Positions 14,990-37,454 of a DNA stretch of 64,000 nucleotides are shown piece after piece. Under the pieces are notes generated by a model. That model did no database searches and was not told the origin of the DNA. It worked only from the letters and a program-made list of their open reading frames with translations. The stretch spans positions 20,522,001 through 20,586,000 of the forward strand of contig CM022672.1 in assembly GCA_012295275.1 (NCBI GenBank), given 5' to 3'. The translations under genes were made by a program, and so were the position numbers. Origin of the DNA: Chrysomallon squamiferum (taxonomy: Eukaryota > Animalia > Mollusca). Positions within the stretch are counted from its first letter, which is position 1. Each line of letters starts with the position of its first letter.

Positions 14990-15509
14990 GTTGTTGTATT
15001 TCTTTGTTCGTTAAGGTAACATCTACCATGTATCTTCATAATTTTATTATTACCAGGAAGATTATAATAAGTATTTAGGCTGTTTGGTCGTCCAAAGAAG
15101 GCACACTTTAAAGAAACATGTCATAACATTTCTTTGATCAGATTCTATACATCCTCATATATTTACTTATAGCAACGACTGACAGCTATGATTAGTATAC
15201 TGAAATAATATATAAAATGCATTTAACCTTCATTTCTTTTTTTTCTTTTTTTTTTTGGTGGGTGGGTGGGGAAACTACCTAAACAATAAAATACGTTTTA
15301 AAATAACTGTTACCACGCGTAACAATGTTTCTGGAAATACACAAATATCATGGAAGTTAATTGATTATTTTATTATTGATATTTTTGTTTTGTTTCCATT
15401 AATTAATTCTTAAAGTACCGTTAATATATCTGGTGGTAACGATGATTATGGATGATGATATTAATGCTTTTATTATCATCATTCTACTTCTTTTTCTTCT
15501 TCTTTTTTG

Positions 15510-15557
<48 letters not shown>

Positions 15558-16888
15558 TAGAATTGTAGAAATGTAGAAATATTTATGAATTACTTCATCT
15601 AGATATCGCCCACATGATGAAAGCAAATACACCACCACGCCTTAACAGCCTTTATTCTCCGTGCCTATACATACAGTACAGAATACTGACATATCTAGTT
15701 TCAGGTAAGTTTCATGGGCGTATCACGCAAATAAGAAAACTAGCGACATCACTGAGGTGACTATGGCTTTCAAGATGGGATGAATTTAATTATAAAAATG
15801 AAATTACGCTTGTTAAACAATATTCCCCCCCCAAAAAAAAAAACCCTCAATAAAAAACAACAACAAAAAAACAAAAAAAAAACAAAAAAAAGGCAAGAAA
15901 AAACCCCAAAAGAAAACAAAAGACGAAGAAAAAAAAAAATCCTCTACACACAAAACTTCCACTCTAGAGCGGTTTTTATTACTCGTATATTTGTTATTTA
16001 TATTATTTAAAGCTAGATTTCATTTTAACCCGCTTTTACCGAAAGAATACTACCTATTTATTTTCTGTTTTCTTTCGCTTTTATATACTTCTTCACTGTG
16101 TCCCATGGGAAGAAACGCATGGTCACATACACGCACACACCAAGTAAACTGTTCTACACGTTTAAATACAGGTTTTGTTTCTAATCTGTAAAACTTTCGT
16201 TAGTTTTGTGAACAGTCATAGTTATTTGCTGTTTCACATGCAGAGACCATCACAAATTGTATACATTTAAAATCTTATTTTGCAGTCTAAAAATGAACAA
16301 TCTTCTTAGTTATTGCCATGCATCTTAAATGTACAGTGATTTCATTTTGAATTTATAATGATAAATTCAGCCAGAGAAGATTATTTAAAAATGCTGTGTT
16401 TTTTTAAGTGTCTGTTATACAACTTACATTCCTGAATACCTACACCTAGAGCAATGTTAATGTTAGCAAATTCAGCCGAGAGTGAGACTAGATTTGATTT
16501 AAAATTTATTGAAATGCCCTGGGAAACAGAGGACATTGAATGATTAATGGTGGATCTGTATGATTCATCTTTTTTCTTCTTTTTCTTTTTTTTCTAAATA
16601 AGTTTATTTCGTATTGAAAAAATAGATAAAACATAACTAAACTAAGCTATATTTTATTAAAAACAAAACAAATTATAGTAATAGCTTAAAACAGATCTCA
16701 TCAAATCGATAATTAGATTTATTAAATATACTGAACTCTCACTCTCTCTCTGCATCTTTTTCCCTCTGCCCCCTTTCTCTCTAATAATGTTTATTATTAT
16801 TATTATAATTTTTGGTTTCGTAATTTAGTTCTGTATATTCTTTCTTTCTAACCATCACCCACACACACACGCACACACATCCACACAT

Positions 16889-16934
<46 letters not shown>

Positions 16935-19099
16935 GCTTTCTCTCCACACTCACATTATAGTAAACAAATATAAAGGACAATACACTTTATTATTGTTGTT
17001 GCATTTCTTCCTCTTTGCTAGTTCGGTGACAAATACTTTCGCATGACTTACGTTCAGATCTAGAGATAAAAATAGCTTCATATCTCTCAGTGATCGGTTA
17101 ACAAGCATTTCTTTACAACAGGCGCTCCTTTCTATATTTTGTACTGGGAATCACGATTGTTATTTGAACAGAGTATAATATTTCACTGTCGTGTTTTAAT
17201 AAAACATTTAATATTTCTTGTTCGTGTATAATGTTGGTGGCGTTAGCCTAAATTCATGACGGTCTCTCTGTGTGTGTGTGTGTGTGTGTGTGATAATCAA
17301 GTATATATGTACACATATAGCAATATATATGTATTATTGATGAATGAATGTGTGTGTGTGTTAATCAAGTATAGATATACACATATGGCAATGTATATGT
17401 ATTATTAATGAATGAATGTATCTGTGCTATGTATTTATCTATAGATGTGTGTGTGTGTGTACTTACGTACTTACAAATGAATGTGTATCTATTGCCCACA
17501 ACTGTTTTATCACAAGCGGTGCTGTGTAACTTTCTGTCAGAAGAGACAAGTAAAATATAACGGCTACTAGCTGACATAACGTGTAGAACAACAAGTTTTC
17601 TAATTCACAGAGTCATTACAAATGTATGACTGACATCTAAGAACCATTAATATCAATATGTCATTAAGCATAATTAAACATATATTAATCATTCTAATGT
17701 TACAAATTATACTGTATGACACTTGACCTGTTAATTAATAATTAATGTATCATTGTTTAATAAACTGTTAGTTGTTGCACGTTACATCGGCATTGTAAAA
17801 TAAAGTGTTATGAGTAGAATGTCAGTGAGTGACATCGTTTATACTTCAGTTGTCTAAATGTGTTAAATGTTGCACATTTTATAATTAAAGATGCTAATAA
17901 CGCATTTTTCTTTATGAATTTTTGTTTTATTAGAATATTAAATATTAACTGGTTATAAAGGTTAAATAGATAGTAATTGTTAATCAGAAATCCTGCACAA
18001 ATTTTGGGTCTTCTGAATAAACATTGTTGACCAGGTTAGTAAAAAATATAAATGAATTCTTCGTTGGCATTGAACCATGCTCTATGCGACATTTAAACTG
18101 GCTTGTTGCTGAATAACTAGTTAACACTGTGTGTGTGCATACAACGACTACAGATAATCTACTTTGTTATTTAAGTATTGCTGAGATAGTCATCTACTAC
18201 AATTTTTTTTTTTTTTTTTTTGTCTTTGTCGAAATGTCAACGTATCGAAAACTGGTTTTGAACTGTGTCTTTGTTTCTCGACTGTCAGGTCTGCATATCA
18301 ACAACAACAACAACAACAACAATAATATTATATCAGTTAGATACATTTGAATTAACAGTTTCTTTAATTTATGTAAAACCTGTATATTTTATTTATCATT
18401 ATATAAACTGCTTTTTCTTTCAGCTGCTGGGTCTGGCGTTGACAGTAAGCGGGACGTACATTTTAATCACAACAAACAAACAGGTTGTCTCATTCATGGA
18501 CTTCGTCTTTGATCCAGCATGCCTCATAACTCTTGCAGGGGCTATATGCACGTTCATTGCATTCTTCGGCTGTGCAGGCGCACTCAGAGAAAACACCGGT
18601 TTTCTCAAAGTGGTAAATATAAAAATGTACATGATACCTGTGTGTGTGCATGCGTGTATGCGTGTATGCATGTATATGTGCATGTGAGGGCATGAGTATA
18701 TGTTTGTGTATGAATGTTTCCTAATGTAAAGTTATTAAATATTTACTGATTAACGTTCTTTTGAATAATAACGGTAATTATAATAATAACCATAATTGCA
18801 ATAATATGTATAAATAACATAGCTTTGTTTCTTTTTATTTTATTTTTTTTATTAATTTGTATTTTATTATGTATTTCGCGTAAGATACAATCTATCGTAT
18901 AAAAATAAAATCGGAATGTACTAAAATATAGCAACCTTTTTAAATCAGATAATGATGTTATGATTTTCCTCTTTATAATACTACTGCTGCCACTACTACT
19001 TCTACTACTGTTTCTTCTGCTACTACTACTACTTCTACTAGTGCTTTTACTGCAGATACTACTATTGATATTCCTTTTTTGTTGTCGCATTAACAACTG

Positions 19100-19170
<71 letters not shown>

Positions 19171-19731
19171 GTTAATACTACAACGACTTGTTCTACTACT
19201 GCAAATACTACTACTGATCTGTTTTTTTTTTTTTCCAGTATAAAATAATTTTGTCGGTACTGTTTATTCTGGAGCTGGCTTTCGTCATCATAATATTTAT
19301 TTACTATTATGTGCCTGACGTGAGAAAAACGCTGAAACTTTATCCCGAGGATTTACTCAAAACGGCTATAGAAAAATACGAGTCTGACGAAAAAGAAGAT
19401 TTGAAAAACGTTTTAGATACCATTCAGAAAACGGTAAGTTAATGAAACTCATTCTGTAATATTTCAGAATATACATTATAGTATAGTATTGTTATCTGCC
19501 GAATAAATTTAAAAAATATACATTATTTAGTGAATTTTAATTAATATTATTTTATTTAAAAAAAAAAGAAAAAAAAAAAAAAAAAAAAAGAAAGGTGTAT
19601 TTATTTTCTTATTTTGTTTTATTAAACAGATTTTTATTTTTAAATTTTATTTAGTTTTTATTTTAGTATAATTTATTATGTATGTTACACATTTATTACT
19701 TCGTATCACTTCACTATACTATTTATAATTT

Positions 19732-19774
<43 letters not shown>

Positions 19775-19902
19775 TATATCCTTTTCTTTTTCTAAATGTC
19801 GTCGTTTCATTAAGAGGAATGTAAAAAAATCCGTGATAGACTGAGGAAACAGAAACTTTTAATACCTTTTATTTCGTCATATTATTACTTGGTCGTCTTA
19901 TT

Positions 19903-19958
<56 letters not shown>

Positions 19959-20413
19959 TAAATAAAAATAAAAAAAAAAAAAATAAATAAATGACAACCT
20001 GATATTATTATGTTCAGTATATTTTAGGACATTTGTACGTATCATTAAGGAGAATAATTTATTTTCGAGACTGTAAAAATGTTATTATATATATATATAT
20101 ATCTTCCAGCTTCAATGTTGCGGTCTAAGTAATAATGAGACAGGTTATTTAAACTGGAATTTAAACAGATATTACTTTTGCAATGAGTCATCAGTCGGCG
20201 TTCTTAGTTGTTCAGTTCCCTTCTCCTGTTGCAAAATAAAACCGGTAGGTGGGGTTGTTTTCATTTATTAGTCCAGACTAACGTGTTAGTAATACTCATT
20301 TTCTGCTGTCTTTCTGCCTCTGTTCTTTTTCTTAAAAAATTTATGAGAATATTTATAGAACAGATTATTTACAAAGTTGTATAAACAAAACAAAATAATA
20401 ACCCCAGAAATAC

Positions 20414-20453
<40 letters not shown>

Positions 20454-20584
20454 ATATATGTATGTATGTGTGTGTATTTATGTATGTATACACACATATG
20501 TATGTGTATATGTATGTATGTATGTATATACACATACATATATATGTATGTATATATATATGTATATGTATATGTATGTATGTA

Positions 20585-20641
<57 letters not shown>

Positions 20642-22122
20642 ATATATATATTTCTGTAAAGCATTATATAATTATTAATAAATCCAAAATAACCCATATT
20701 CATTATGACATTTTAAATATTCTAATACATCAGTAAGTTTTTAAAATATTATTTGTTGATGGTCTTGCTGCATTGGAACACAAAAGCTATTGTATGCGTG
20801 TGTTTGTGTGTGTGTATAGAATATAAAATTGCTATACTTTATTTTCAGGGTGACAATATAAATATTTTATGTGGTGCAGATGTGTTAAAAGAAACTGACG
20901 TAAGTATTCTTAAATAATAATAATACATTCTAAAATAAATAAAGAGAAGCTGCAGTTAAGTTTACAAAATGAAATAAAAATCATTTCGTATGCAGTGGTG
21001 TTTTCAGTTAATTTCAAAAACAATTGTAATATTTTTTTGTGTCTTTGTGTGTTGGTGTGTGAAGAATGTACGAAATGCATACTCAAACATTTTTTTACTA
21101 TTTTCAGCCCAGCATGGTGTCAGACAAAATTTACACAAATGGTTGTTTGCGAGGTTTTCAGCTGTGGCTGGACAGTAATGTGTTTATCTTTGGAGGAATT
21201 ATAATAGGAGTTTTACTTCCACAGGTAGGTTCCAGTAGAGTATTCTTTGTAACATTCTGAAATAACTACAGTGTGACACCAGGCACTATCGTCAGCACCA
21301 CTACCACTACTCTGATATTACCATCCTACATTTACTACCACTACTCTGCTATTACTATACTACTTTTACTACCACTACTCTGATTACTATACTATTTTAC
21401 TACCACTACTCTGCTATTACTATACTACTTTTTCTATCACTCCTCTGCTATTACTATACTACTTTTACTAACACTACTCTGCTATTACTATACTACTTTT
21501 ACTACCACTACTCTGCTATTACTATACTACTTTTACTAACACTCCTTTGCTATTACTATCCTACTTTTACTACCACTACTCTGCTATTACTATACTACTT
21601 TTACTATCTCTTGCTATTACTATCCTACTTTTACTATCACTCCTCTGCTATTACTATCCTACTTTTACTAACACTATCTATCCTTTTTACTATTACTATC
21701 TATTTTTACTATCTCCTTTGCTATTACTATCCTACTTTTACTATCACTCCTCTGCTATTACTATCCTACTTTTACTATCACTCCTCTGCTATTACTATCC
21801 TACTTTTACTATCACTCCTCTGCTATTACTATCCTACTTTTACATCCACTCCTCTGCTATTACTATCACTTTTACTATCATCATCATCATTGTCATTAAC
21901 TTTCTTTGACTTCTTTTTATTATTATTACTATCATTATTACTGTTATGACTTACTTATTTTTAATATTTTACTAATTTAAATGGGCAAATATTTATGATA
22001 CTGTTTAATCACAGTTTTACAATTATCGATTTTTTCATTTACTATCGTTTTTCCAGATTTTCTTGGTTGGTCTTGCACGAACATTGCGTGATCAAGTCTT
22101 GATACAGAGATCAAAATGGTAG
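11566..22122 (+). CDS. Tetraspanin, TspanC8 subfamily (Tspan5/14/17/33-like), copy A, about 285 aa
   Basis: Exons: 11566-11670 (or alternative 12907-13008), 18424-18612, 19239-19433, 20110-20244, 20849-20899, 21108-21224, 22057-22122. All introns are phase 0 GT-AG. Four TM segments; FFGCAGALREN; large extracellular loop with CCG and 8 Cys (LQCCG..WN.NRYYFC..CSVPFSCC..LCG..IYTNGC); ends QRSKW*. Confidence 0.93.
12907..13008 (+). CDS. Alternative first coding exon (1b) of tetraspanin A
   Basis: ATG...MEGITQQVDVSGSDRSAVNLIIKYFIFFINFIFI|gtaagt, phase 0. It is a clear paralogue of exon 1a (…PDRSAVNLFYKYLLFFVNFIFL|gtaagt). Confidence 0.85.
20417..20640. repeat. Compound (TG)n/(TATG)n microsatellite
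   Basis: Direct reading. Confidence 0.9.
21290..21880. repeat. Minisatellite, unit about 34 bp (CTCTGCTATTACTATCCTACTTTTACTATCACTC), about 16-17 copies
   Basis: Tandem units read directly in the last intron of tetraspanin A. Confidence 0.9.
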
Positions 22123-25100
22123 AACAAGAAGTTGATCTACATTCCACTGTCATACAAGCTCAAGATTTTAAAGAAACACCATTTTTTCTTCTTCACCTGT
22201 TTTGAATGTATCTACATACATTTTGCTTGCTCACCCACTCAGATGCTTTTCAGCTACTAACATTTGAAAGAAAATAATATAATGTATTTTACTTTCAACG
22301 GTCAGTAAGAAATTAAGAAACCAGTTGACAATAAATAAATAAATACATTAATTAATTAAATAAACAAGAAAACAAATAAATATAATTAAACAAAACAAAA
22401 CAAAACTAAACTAAACTAAACTAAACTAAACTAAACTAAACTAAACTATATTAATTAATAAATAAAAATAACAATAAAAATATGAATTAAAAATTGTAGT
22501 ATATAAAAATAAAAAAAAAGATTAAAAAAAAGATAAGCAAACTGGAAGAACAAACGAACAAATAAATTAAACAAATAAATATTACCAATACCTTAATAAG
22601 TAATATTAATGATATCAAGACGTCTCTTAGTAACAGTAATGTTTAAGGAATAATACTGCCTCAGTTTTGTTAAAATCCATGAATACTTCAGGGTCAGAAT
22701 TTCTTCTTTTACTGTTACTACTGCTCAGCATTGGATTTAGACATGGTAAGGCCATATTTGTAAAAATCTTAGAGGCACTTGTCTAAAATAATAATTTAAA
22801 AAAAAAAATTATTATTTGCCAAAATATTTATACTGAATTTCACATTATAATACTTATTTTTGGATTGTGAGGCCTTGAGATAATGCTTGTTTCTGGTTTT
22901 GCTGTTTATTTTTAATAATTCTTATTGGAAGCATAATATTTTTCAGTGTTATATTGATACTGAAATTATGTGTTGATGTTACATCCTTGGTCTCTCTGTT
23001 ATATTTTGTTTATTTATTTATTTATTTATTTATTATTATTATTTAAAAAAATTTTTCATAAATGTCTAGGATCACTGGGATGTAAACAGATTTAAAATAT
23101 TATTAACAGAATGTTCAGTGAGGTTATTTTGTGTGAACTGTGATTATTTTAAATCTTTTCTCTTCCTTTCCATCATGATTAATGGGTTTAGATTACACCT
23201 GTATATATGTATGTATTTACCTGTACAGGTATAAAAACTGAAATGTGAAAATGGCTTGAAATATAAAAATGCTCTGCCAGCTGTATCTTTATACGTTATT
23301 TCATATCAAACTAATCATTTAAAAGTAAAATATGATCATTTTCTTTACTTTAAGGTGTATAATGTCACAAAAAATCAGTATATTATTACAGAATGTTTTG
23401 GTTTTTTTTGTAAAAAACTGTGACAACAAATTAGAATATTGTCATTTTATTCAGATTTTTGTTTGTGATATATTTGTGATATGGGTGGTCCCATGTATAC
23501 TTGATATATTGTGATAAACAATGGTCCCTGTTTTATTTTTTTTTACATTGTACTCTGTATTAGATAACATGCAACAAACTTCATTTAGCTTCAGTCACTT
23601 TTTCTAAAATAATTTTTTAGCAAGCTTAATCACCTTTCAAAATTTTAGGATTATTATTATTATTTTCTTTGAAAAATATATTAAATTTTAAATAATTTTA
23701 TTCTCTATGAAAACTATGCAAATTTTATTCCTTCCATTAATCTGACACTAAATTTATTTAGCAGTACTTATTTATTTTTATTTTTTTAACATTTAAGAAT
23801 TTATTACACACAAAATTGATTTTTTTTTTTTAACCATCTAAGACTATATTACAGACTAAACTGAATTTTTTTGTTTTTGGAAGAGTGCTATATTAATTGA
23901 CATAAAAGATGTTGTTTGGTGTATTTCTCTATATATGGTATAAATTTATAAATTTCAAGAAATACATTTATTAGAATTTTAATGATTAGTAATGCTTTAG
24001 AATTTAAAAAAATCAACAAAAAAAAACATGTCACATATTCAGTATTGATTATAATAAACTACGCATTGCATGCATATATAACATATGTGGGTGTACATAT
24101 AGATAACTTTTAAGAAAATTATTTTGAATTCCACAAAATGTTGTTCACCGAATCAGTGTTTATTTTGATTAATATGTAAAGCAAGCACAAAAACAAAATA
24201 TGCAGACCAAGTATGCATGTGATTTAGATAGTTTGTTCCTTTGTTTATACACCACAAGTTTCAATTCACATTTTTATTGTTATTTTTATTTATTAATTAA
24301 TATAGTTTAGTTCAGTTCAGTTCAGTTTGGTGTGTGTGTGTGTCTGTGTGAGAGAGAGAGAGAGAGAGAAATATATATGTGTTTTATCTAACCAGTCAGT
24401 GCCTTAAAACAGTGGTTCACAGATGGTATAGCATTGTGTTATGTGACTATTCATTTATTTTAAATCTTATTCTAACTGGACTAAGTACTTTCAGTATTTA
24501 TTAATCAGAATGAAGTGTAAATGTTCATGTACAGGTTAACAGTTATTTATGAAACAGTTGTTGGGGTTAAATGATGTATTGAATTATTTCTGTGGTCCTA
24601 CTGTGGCTTTTATAATATTTTAATTTGTGGTGTAAGATTTATTTTTGGAAAGAGCCAGTGTATTTTAAAAACGTACTACAAAAAGATATAAAAAGTCAGT
24701 CTGTCACACTCAGACAAACACACACACACATTTAAATACAGACATACACACTGAAATTAGTCAATAAGAAAACTAACCTATAAGGTTATTTTTTTTTATT
24801 TTTTTTTTTATTTTTTACTATTAACAGGAAAAGTTTGGTAAACCAAATTAAAGATTTTACTAAAATTAAAATTTGCTTTTTAGGTATAATTTTGTAATGT
24901 ACCCCTTCTAACATTTTGTTTAATTGTTTTATGTAGTTAAAATTTTTCTGAGCAACCCTTTTTACAGATGTTATTTACTAATATTATTTTAAAAGTTGTG
25001 GATGTGTGTTCCTGTGTGTGTGTGTGCATGTGTGTGTACATGTTTTACTTCTTGTGTATCAGAACTATTTTAATTGCAGAATTTAAAATAAGTTAGTAAT

Positions 25101-26054
25101 TAAATAATTGTATTACACAATAAATTTTCTTAATTTGACTCTTTTGTGAAAGATCCTGTCAAAGAATATCATACAAAATCATCTTCACCCTAACTACTAC
25201 TACTACTACTACGTTTTCATCATTTTCATCATTATTACTACTACTACTACTACTACTACTACTACGTTATCATTTTCATCATTACTACTACTACTACTAC
25301 TATGTTATCATTTTCATCATTATTACTACTACTACTAGTTACTATTATGATTATTATGATTATCATCATTATAATTATTGTTGCTGTTATTATTATTGTT
25401 ATTATTATTATTATTATTATTATTAAAAAAAGTTATTACAATATTTTTATGCAGCCAGTTGAACATTAATCTATATATGTAAGCAGCACTTGTTTTGTCA
25501 TTCTTCATTTTAAGTGAATTATTTATGTAATTTGGTGTTATTTACTTTACATGTTTTTAAATATCTGTGTTCTTTTTACTGTGATTACATGTTTTATTAA
25601 CCTATGTACAGAAATTGATGTTTGTCAGGATTCCAGTTTGATTCAACGGTGACGAGACTTTTTATATGGAATGTGTTTTTAACCTTCATGTTTGTTCTTC
25701 TAAAATATATTTTATTATACATTTTCAATTAAATCAATGTAAATATTTTTACTACTTAAAAAAAAATTCAAGGATGTGTTTTAAAAAAGAAAATAAATGT
25801 TTATATTTGATTGTGTTTTGTATTTGTGTATTGATTTGGAAATGTTTTAGTGAAAATGGTATTGAAAGTAACAGTCTTTACCAGCTGCTGTGAGTGTGTA
25901 TGTGTGCACCTGTGTATTTCTGCAGGTGAGTGTGTGTATGTGTGTTTGCTTCAGATAAAGAGATATTAAATATTAATTACAATATAATTCTAGGATAACT
26001 ACTTGAACCTCATTGTTGGTTTAGGGAGATAAAACTTTTACAATTATATATTTT

Positions 26055-26180
26055 GTTTTTAGTAATTAGTTACTTTTTAGTCTTTTATCACTACTCTGCA
26101 AGTCTTAAAATGTTTTTAGTAATTAGTTACTTTTTAGTCTTTTATCACTACTGTGCAAGTCTTAAAATGTTTTTAGTAAT
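26055..26180. repeat. Direct tandem duplication of about 57 bp
   Basis: GTTTTTAGTAATTAGTTACTTTTTAGTCTTTTATCACTACT(C/G)TGCAAGTCTTAAAAT occurs twice, plus a partial third copy. Confidence 0.85.
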
Positions 26181-27016
26181 TTAAAATGGTAAAGTCACAA
26201 CCTTTAACAGAAATAAGAAAAAAAAAAAAAAAAAAAAAAGGATAAAATATATATGTATTATAATATTTTATTCCATCAAAATTGTATAAAAATAGAGGTA
26301 TTTTTAAATAATCAAGTAAAATTTGATATGTGTATATGTAAAGTTTCACACATTTAACACAAGTAAACGTGTTACCGGTACAAAGCTCAAAGATGAACTT
26401 TTTAAGAAAAAAAAAAAAGGAGTCATTCACCCTTGTTATAATTTCCTGCAGGCGTTATCGCTGAAGAGAAAAATTTAACACCATATTTCAATCCGTTCCA
26501 TTCGCGCACATGTATGCTGCCACTACTTACAGGAAAGACTTGAAATCTTTAAAGATTATATAATTGGAAGCGCGAAGTGTCAGTTTCCGCCTGCAGTAAG
26601 GGGGGAAAAAAAAAAAAAAGAAGAAAAAAAAAAAAAAAAAAAACATCCTCAGAACAATGGACTCCAGATAATTATGATTGTATAATAATTATGTACTCTG
26701 TGTCAACTTCATTGTTGACTTTGTGTTTTATAATAAGCAGAGCTGACTGTTACACGTATGGGATGTTTATAGAAGTGGGAGTTACAGGCGCTGTGTTCAA
26801 ACTCCAGGACTTGTTTTTGATCACGTCAAATCAGTTTGAAAAGGGACGTAACTTGAGTGTCTTGCTTCGTGTCGAAAGTTTATTTAGAAAAATGTGTAGA
26901 CCTCTATGACACATGGGGGAACTCGGATGAAAGACGCTGGTAAACGTGTGTATTTGTGAAGATGTGTGATTAATTTTGACATTATGTATACATGTATACT
27001 GATACATACATTTTAA

Positions 27017-27076
<60 letters not shown>

Positions 27077-27155
27077 AGTGGCCTCTACATACTACGCAGC
27101 CGAACGTTACAGTTTATCTGTCATCATTTCTTTTATCATCATGTATTTATTTACA

Positions 27156-27206
<51 letters not shown>

Positions 27207-27403
27207 TTCTCTTGATATTTAACTCTAATGGCGTCTAGTTATTGCTTTTTTGACTGTTTTAAAATAAATAAATAATAAATAAATAAAATTTAAAAAGTGT
27301 TAAAAAAGTAGATAAATTCAAATCGCTAATAATAGTAATTGATAACCATGCTTCAAATCGAAATCTCAGAACATTCATTGTTTCAAACTGTTTCGTTGGA
27401 AAA

Positions 27404-27434
<31 letters not shown>

Positions 27435-27572
27435 TTTTATTTTATTTTATTTTATTAATTTAATTTAATTTAATTTTTTATTTTTTATTTTTATTTTTTT
27501 TAATATAAATGATTCACAGTTAAGTAGGTATATTGATATAGGAAAGATAATAATAACTAAATATGTGTTATT

Positions 27573-34385
<6,813 letters not shown>

Positions 34386-37300
34386 TGTCACCTCAGAAGC
34401 AATTACTTAACATTCAAACAATGTTCTGATCGATAAAACGTTTTGAAAGTCCACAGCTTTATTTTCCCATTTGAATTACAATCCGATTAAAAACCAGTTC
34501 AGCGCGAATAATTTCAGCCTTTTATTTATTTGTATTTATTTTTGTTTATTTTCATCAACCGTTTGAATCATGTATAATTTATAAGTGAAGCCGTCACGTC
34601 GATGCACCAGTCATTCTAAGTAAACAAATAAAAATAAATAAATAAATAAATAAATTAAAAAAAGAAAACAATAATAAAATTATTTAAATCCACAAAAATT
34701 ATTCACACAAGTGAGATACTGCATGTGTTGTATTCCTGTGTTGAGTACAAGTCTGACAAGCAAGCTGTGACGTATTATTTCCGATATTCGTTTCTCTTAG
34801 ATAACAAACAGGTGACAGGGGGGCGGATCTAATGTAGTCATAGATAACAGTTTAAAGATCGCGTGTATTAACGTTTACAGCCAAGGCAATGCAACAGCTG
34901 TAGCTGTAAATAATAGCCATCAGGACACTTTATTTTTTAATATATATATTTTAAAATAAATTCAGATTTTTAAACGACAACTCTTGTTTGATAAATAGCG
35001 TTAGTGCTAAGGTAACAAGTTACATCGACTTTAGATTTTCTTGACAAGAAAAGAAAAAAAGAGAAAAAAAAAAAAACAAACAAAGGGTGTGGTTTTCTAA
35101 AAGCCTCAGTTGACACGTTAATTAGACGACCACAAATTATCAGGTGTGTTTGAAAACGTCGACAAAGATCAGTGAATATGGAGAGTCGTGCTGTTGTTCA
35201 CCTGGTGATGTTTAACGTCGACTGGTTGACGTTGACGTTGTAAACACAGTGTCCACTTTTGTTAAACAGCTACGGGTTTGGTCAGTGGATCAACTGCTTG
35301 ATCACAGTTTTCTGATTCGCTTAGTGTAACTCAAACAACGTGCAGTGTGTACATTTGTGTACGAGAAACCGACGTTTTATTTGTTTGTTTGTTTGTTTGT
35401 TTGTTTGTTTGTTTGGTTAGTTAGTTAGTTTTCATCTGATCACAGAATACTTAGAATAAATTAGCTAAAAGCGTCTGAGTTAAATATGAGTTGTGGTATG
35501 TCTTATCCTGTCTAATTTCTTCTACCATATTCAGAATCAAGCTCTTTAGCCATATAATTAAATTGCGCAGCTTTATTCATATATTATAACAAAAACTTGC
35601 ATATTATGTTTATAAATTATAGCACCAACTGCACAGTTATGTTAATAAATTATAATACAAACTACATATCTTTCTTAAATTATGATAAAAACTGGATAGT
35701 TAAATTTTTGAATGATAATAAAAATCGCATAATTATATTCATAAATTACAATAAATATAGCATAAAATCTAATAATAGAAACTGCCCAACTATATTCTTG
35801 CAAATTAACACGTCATTAACTTCCAAACAAATATCTCTGGGTGACTGACAGTGTGTGAATTTCGTAACAGGAAAACAAAACGAAGCTGATGCAATATTTA
35901 TTTTATCAATGCTTATTCAGCGTGCAATTGTTTAATTATGCCGACATTAGACAGCGACGTACTAAGTACCGGGATTAACTCAGTTCGATAATGATGTCAA
36001 CAGCTGCATGAGCTAGAAATAAGTAAAATAAATGTTAATTCAGTGATAGAATAAGTTAAGTTAAAATATATATATATATATAAACATCGATTAAAGTGTG
36101 AAGTTTAAAAATTAAAGATAATAATAATATTCACTGAAAGATGTTAAATGATTTTTTTTTTTTTTTTTTTTTTAGATTTTTTTAAATAACTTGAGATGAT
36201 TAAAGTAGTTATTTTAAATCTGTCAAACTTTATACATGGACACATACATATATATACATACATACATACATACATTCGTACATAAACATACACACATAAT
36301 CACATGCATACATACATATATACATGCATGCATACACTAATACATCCACACATACATACATAGATATACGTAAGTGATTGCATCAAATTTTATTTATATT
36401 TTGTATGGATGTTTTTAAATTTGTATTATAATGGTTCACTTGTCTCTTGAAGTTTTGTTAACCAAAATTTTGTTTTGTATATTTCGTTTCTGAAATTCAG
36501 TTATAGTATAAATTAGAATAACCATTACTATATTTTATTTATCTTTTGCCAGTCTATCTGGTATTTTTTGTATGTTTTCACGTACATCAAATAATTGTGT
36601 TATTCTTTTATTGTTTTATTTTTTGTATTTGTATTTCTGAAATGTCACATATGAATGTAATATAGTTCAGCTACGAAAATATACATCTGTCAAGAATTTT
36701 TAAACTGTTGAGTACATTTTGAAAATTAAGTAACTCGAAAAACATGAACAAATATATTAATATTTTTTTTTTTTATATATATGTAAGTTAACTATTTTTT
36801 TCTTTCTTATTATTGTTCTTAGGCCTTTTATCTCAATCTGAGTTAAATATCAGATTACTCAAAGATTTAGACTATGTATTATTCTAGTTCATATAATTAT
36901 AGATCGTCAGACTGATTATCTCAGCGACAAATGAAAACATTAGTGTAAAAAACAGGCTTTTTTTTCTGTGCAGAAAATATTCTTTAGTATTCAGATCTGT
37001 TAAATGATTTCTTCCAGTTCATCATCTATTTTGTTACTCCAAACAAACTATACAATATAGAATCGCCATTGACACAGTGACTGGATGAAATTTAATTCTC
37101 AAGATGTTCAAAACGAACAGTAGAGCGAATGAATATGGCACGGTTACAGAAAAAAACATATTTATTTATTTGCGGAACAAGAAATAATACATTGTAAAAT
37201 AATATTATTTATTTGAAAAAGATTTAAAAAATAGAAGTAATATATTACAAGTTTTATGTACAAATTCGTATCTTACATATAAGAGAGTTTTATTGTCTTT

Positions 37301-37454
37301 CCTTATAATGTTTTCGGTAAAAAATTCAAAAGTTGCTTTAAAAAATACAAAAATTGTAAAATACAAATTATTAAACGATAATTATACAAAAATAAATAAA
37401 TAAATAAATATATATATACCGTGTTACACGAAAGGAAAAACGAAACAAGTAACA

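Noticed and set aside
15614-15704. Possible third first exon of tetraspanin A (ATG...TCAG|gtaagt)
   Set aside because: It ends in phase 1 whereas exon 2 needs phase 0, and it has no similarity to the TM1 motif.
26420-26950. GC-richer island and a 110-aa ORF between the tetraspanin 3' ends
   Set aside because: The ORF depends on a poly-A run and a non-ATG start and has no recognisable motif. It may be UTR or regulatory sequence, but nothing supports a call.
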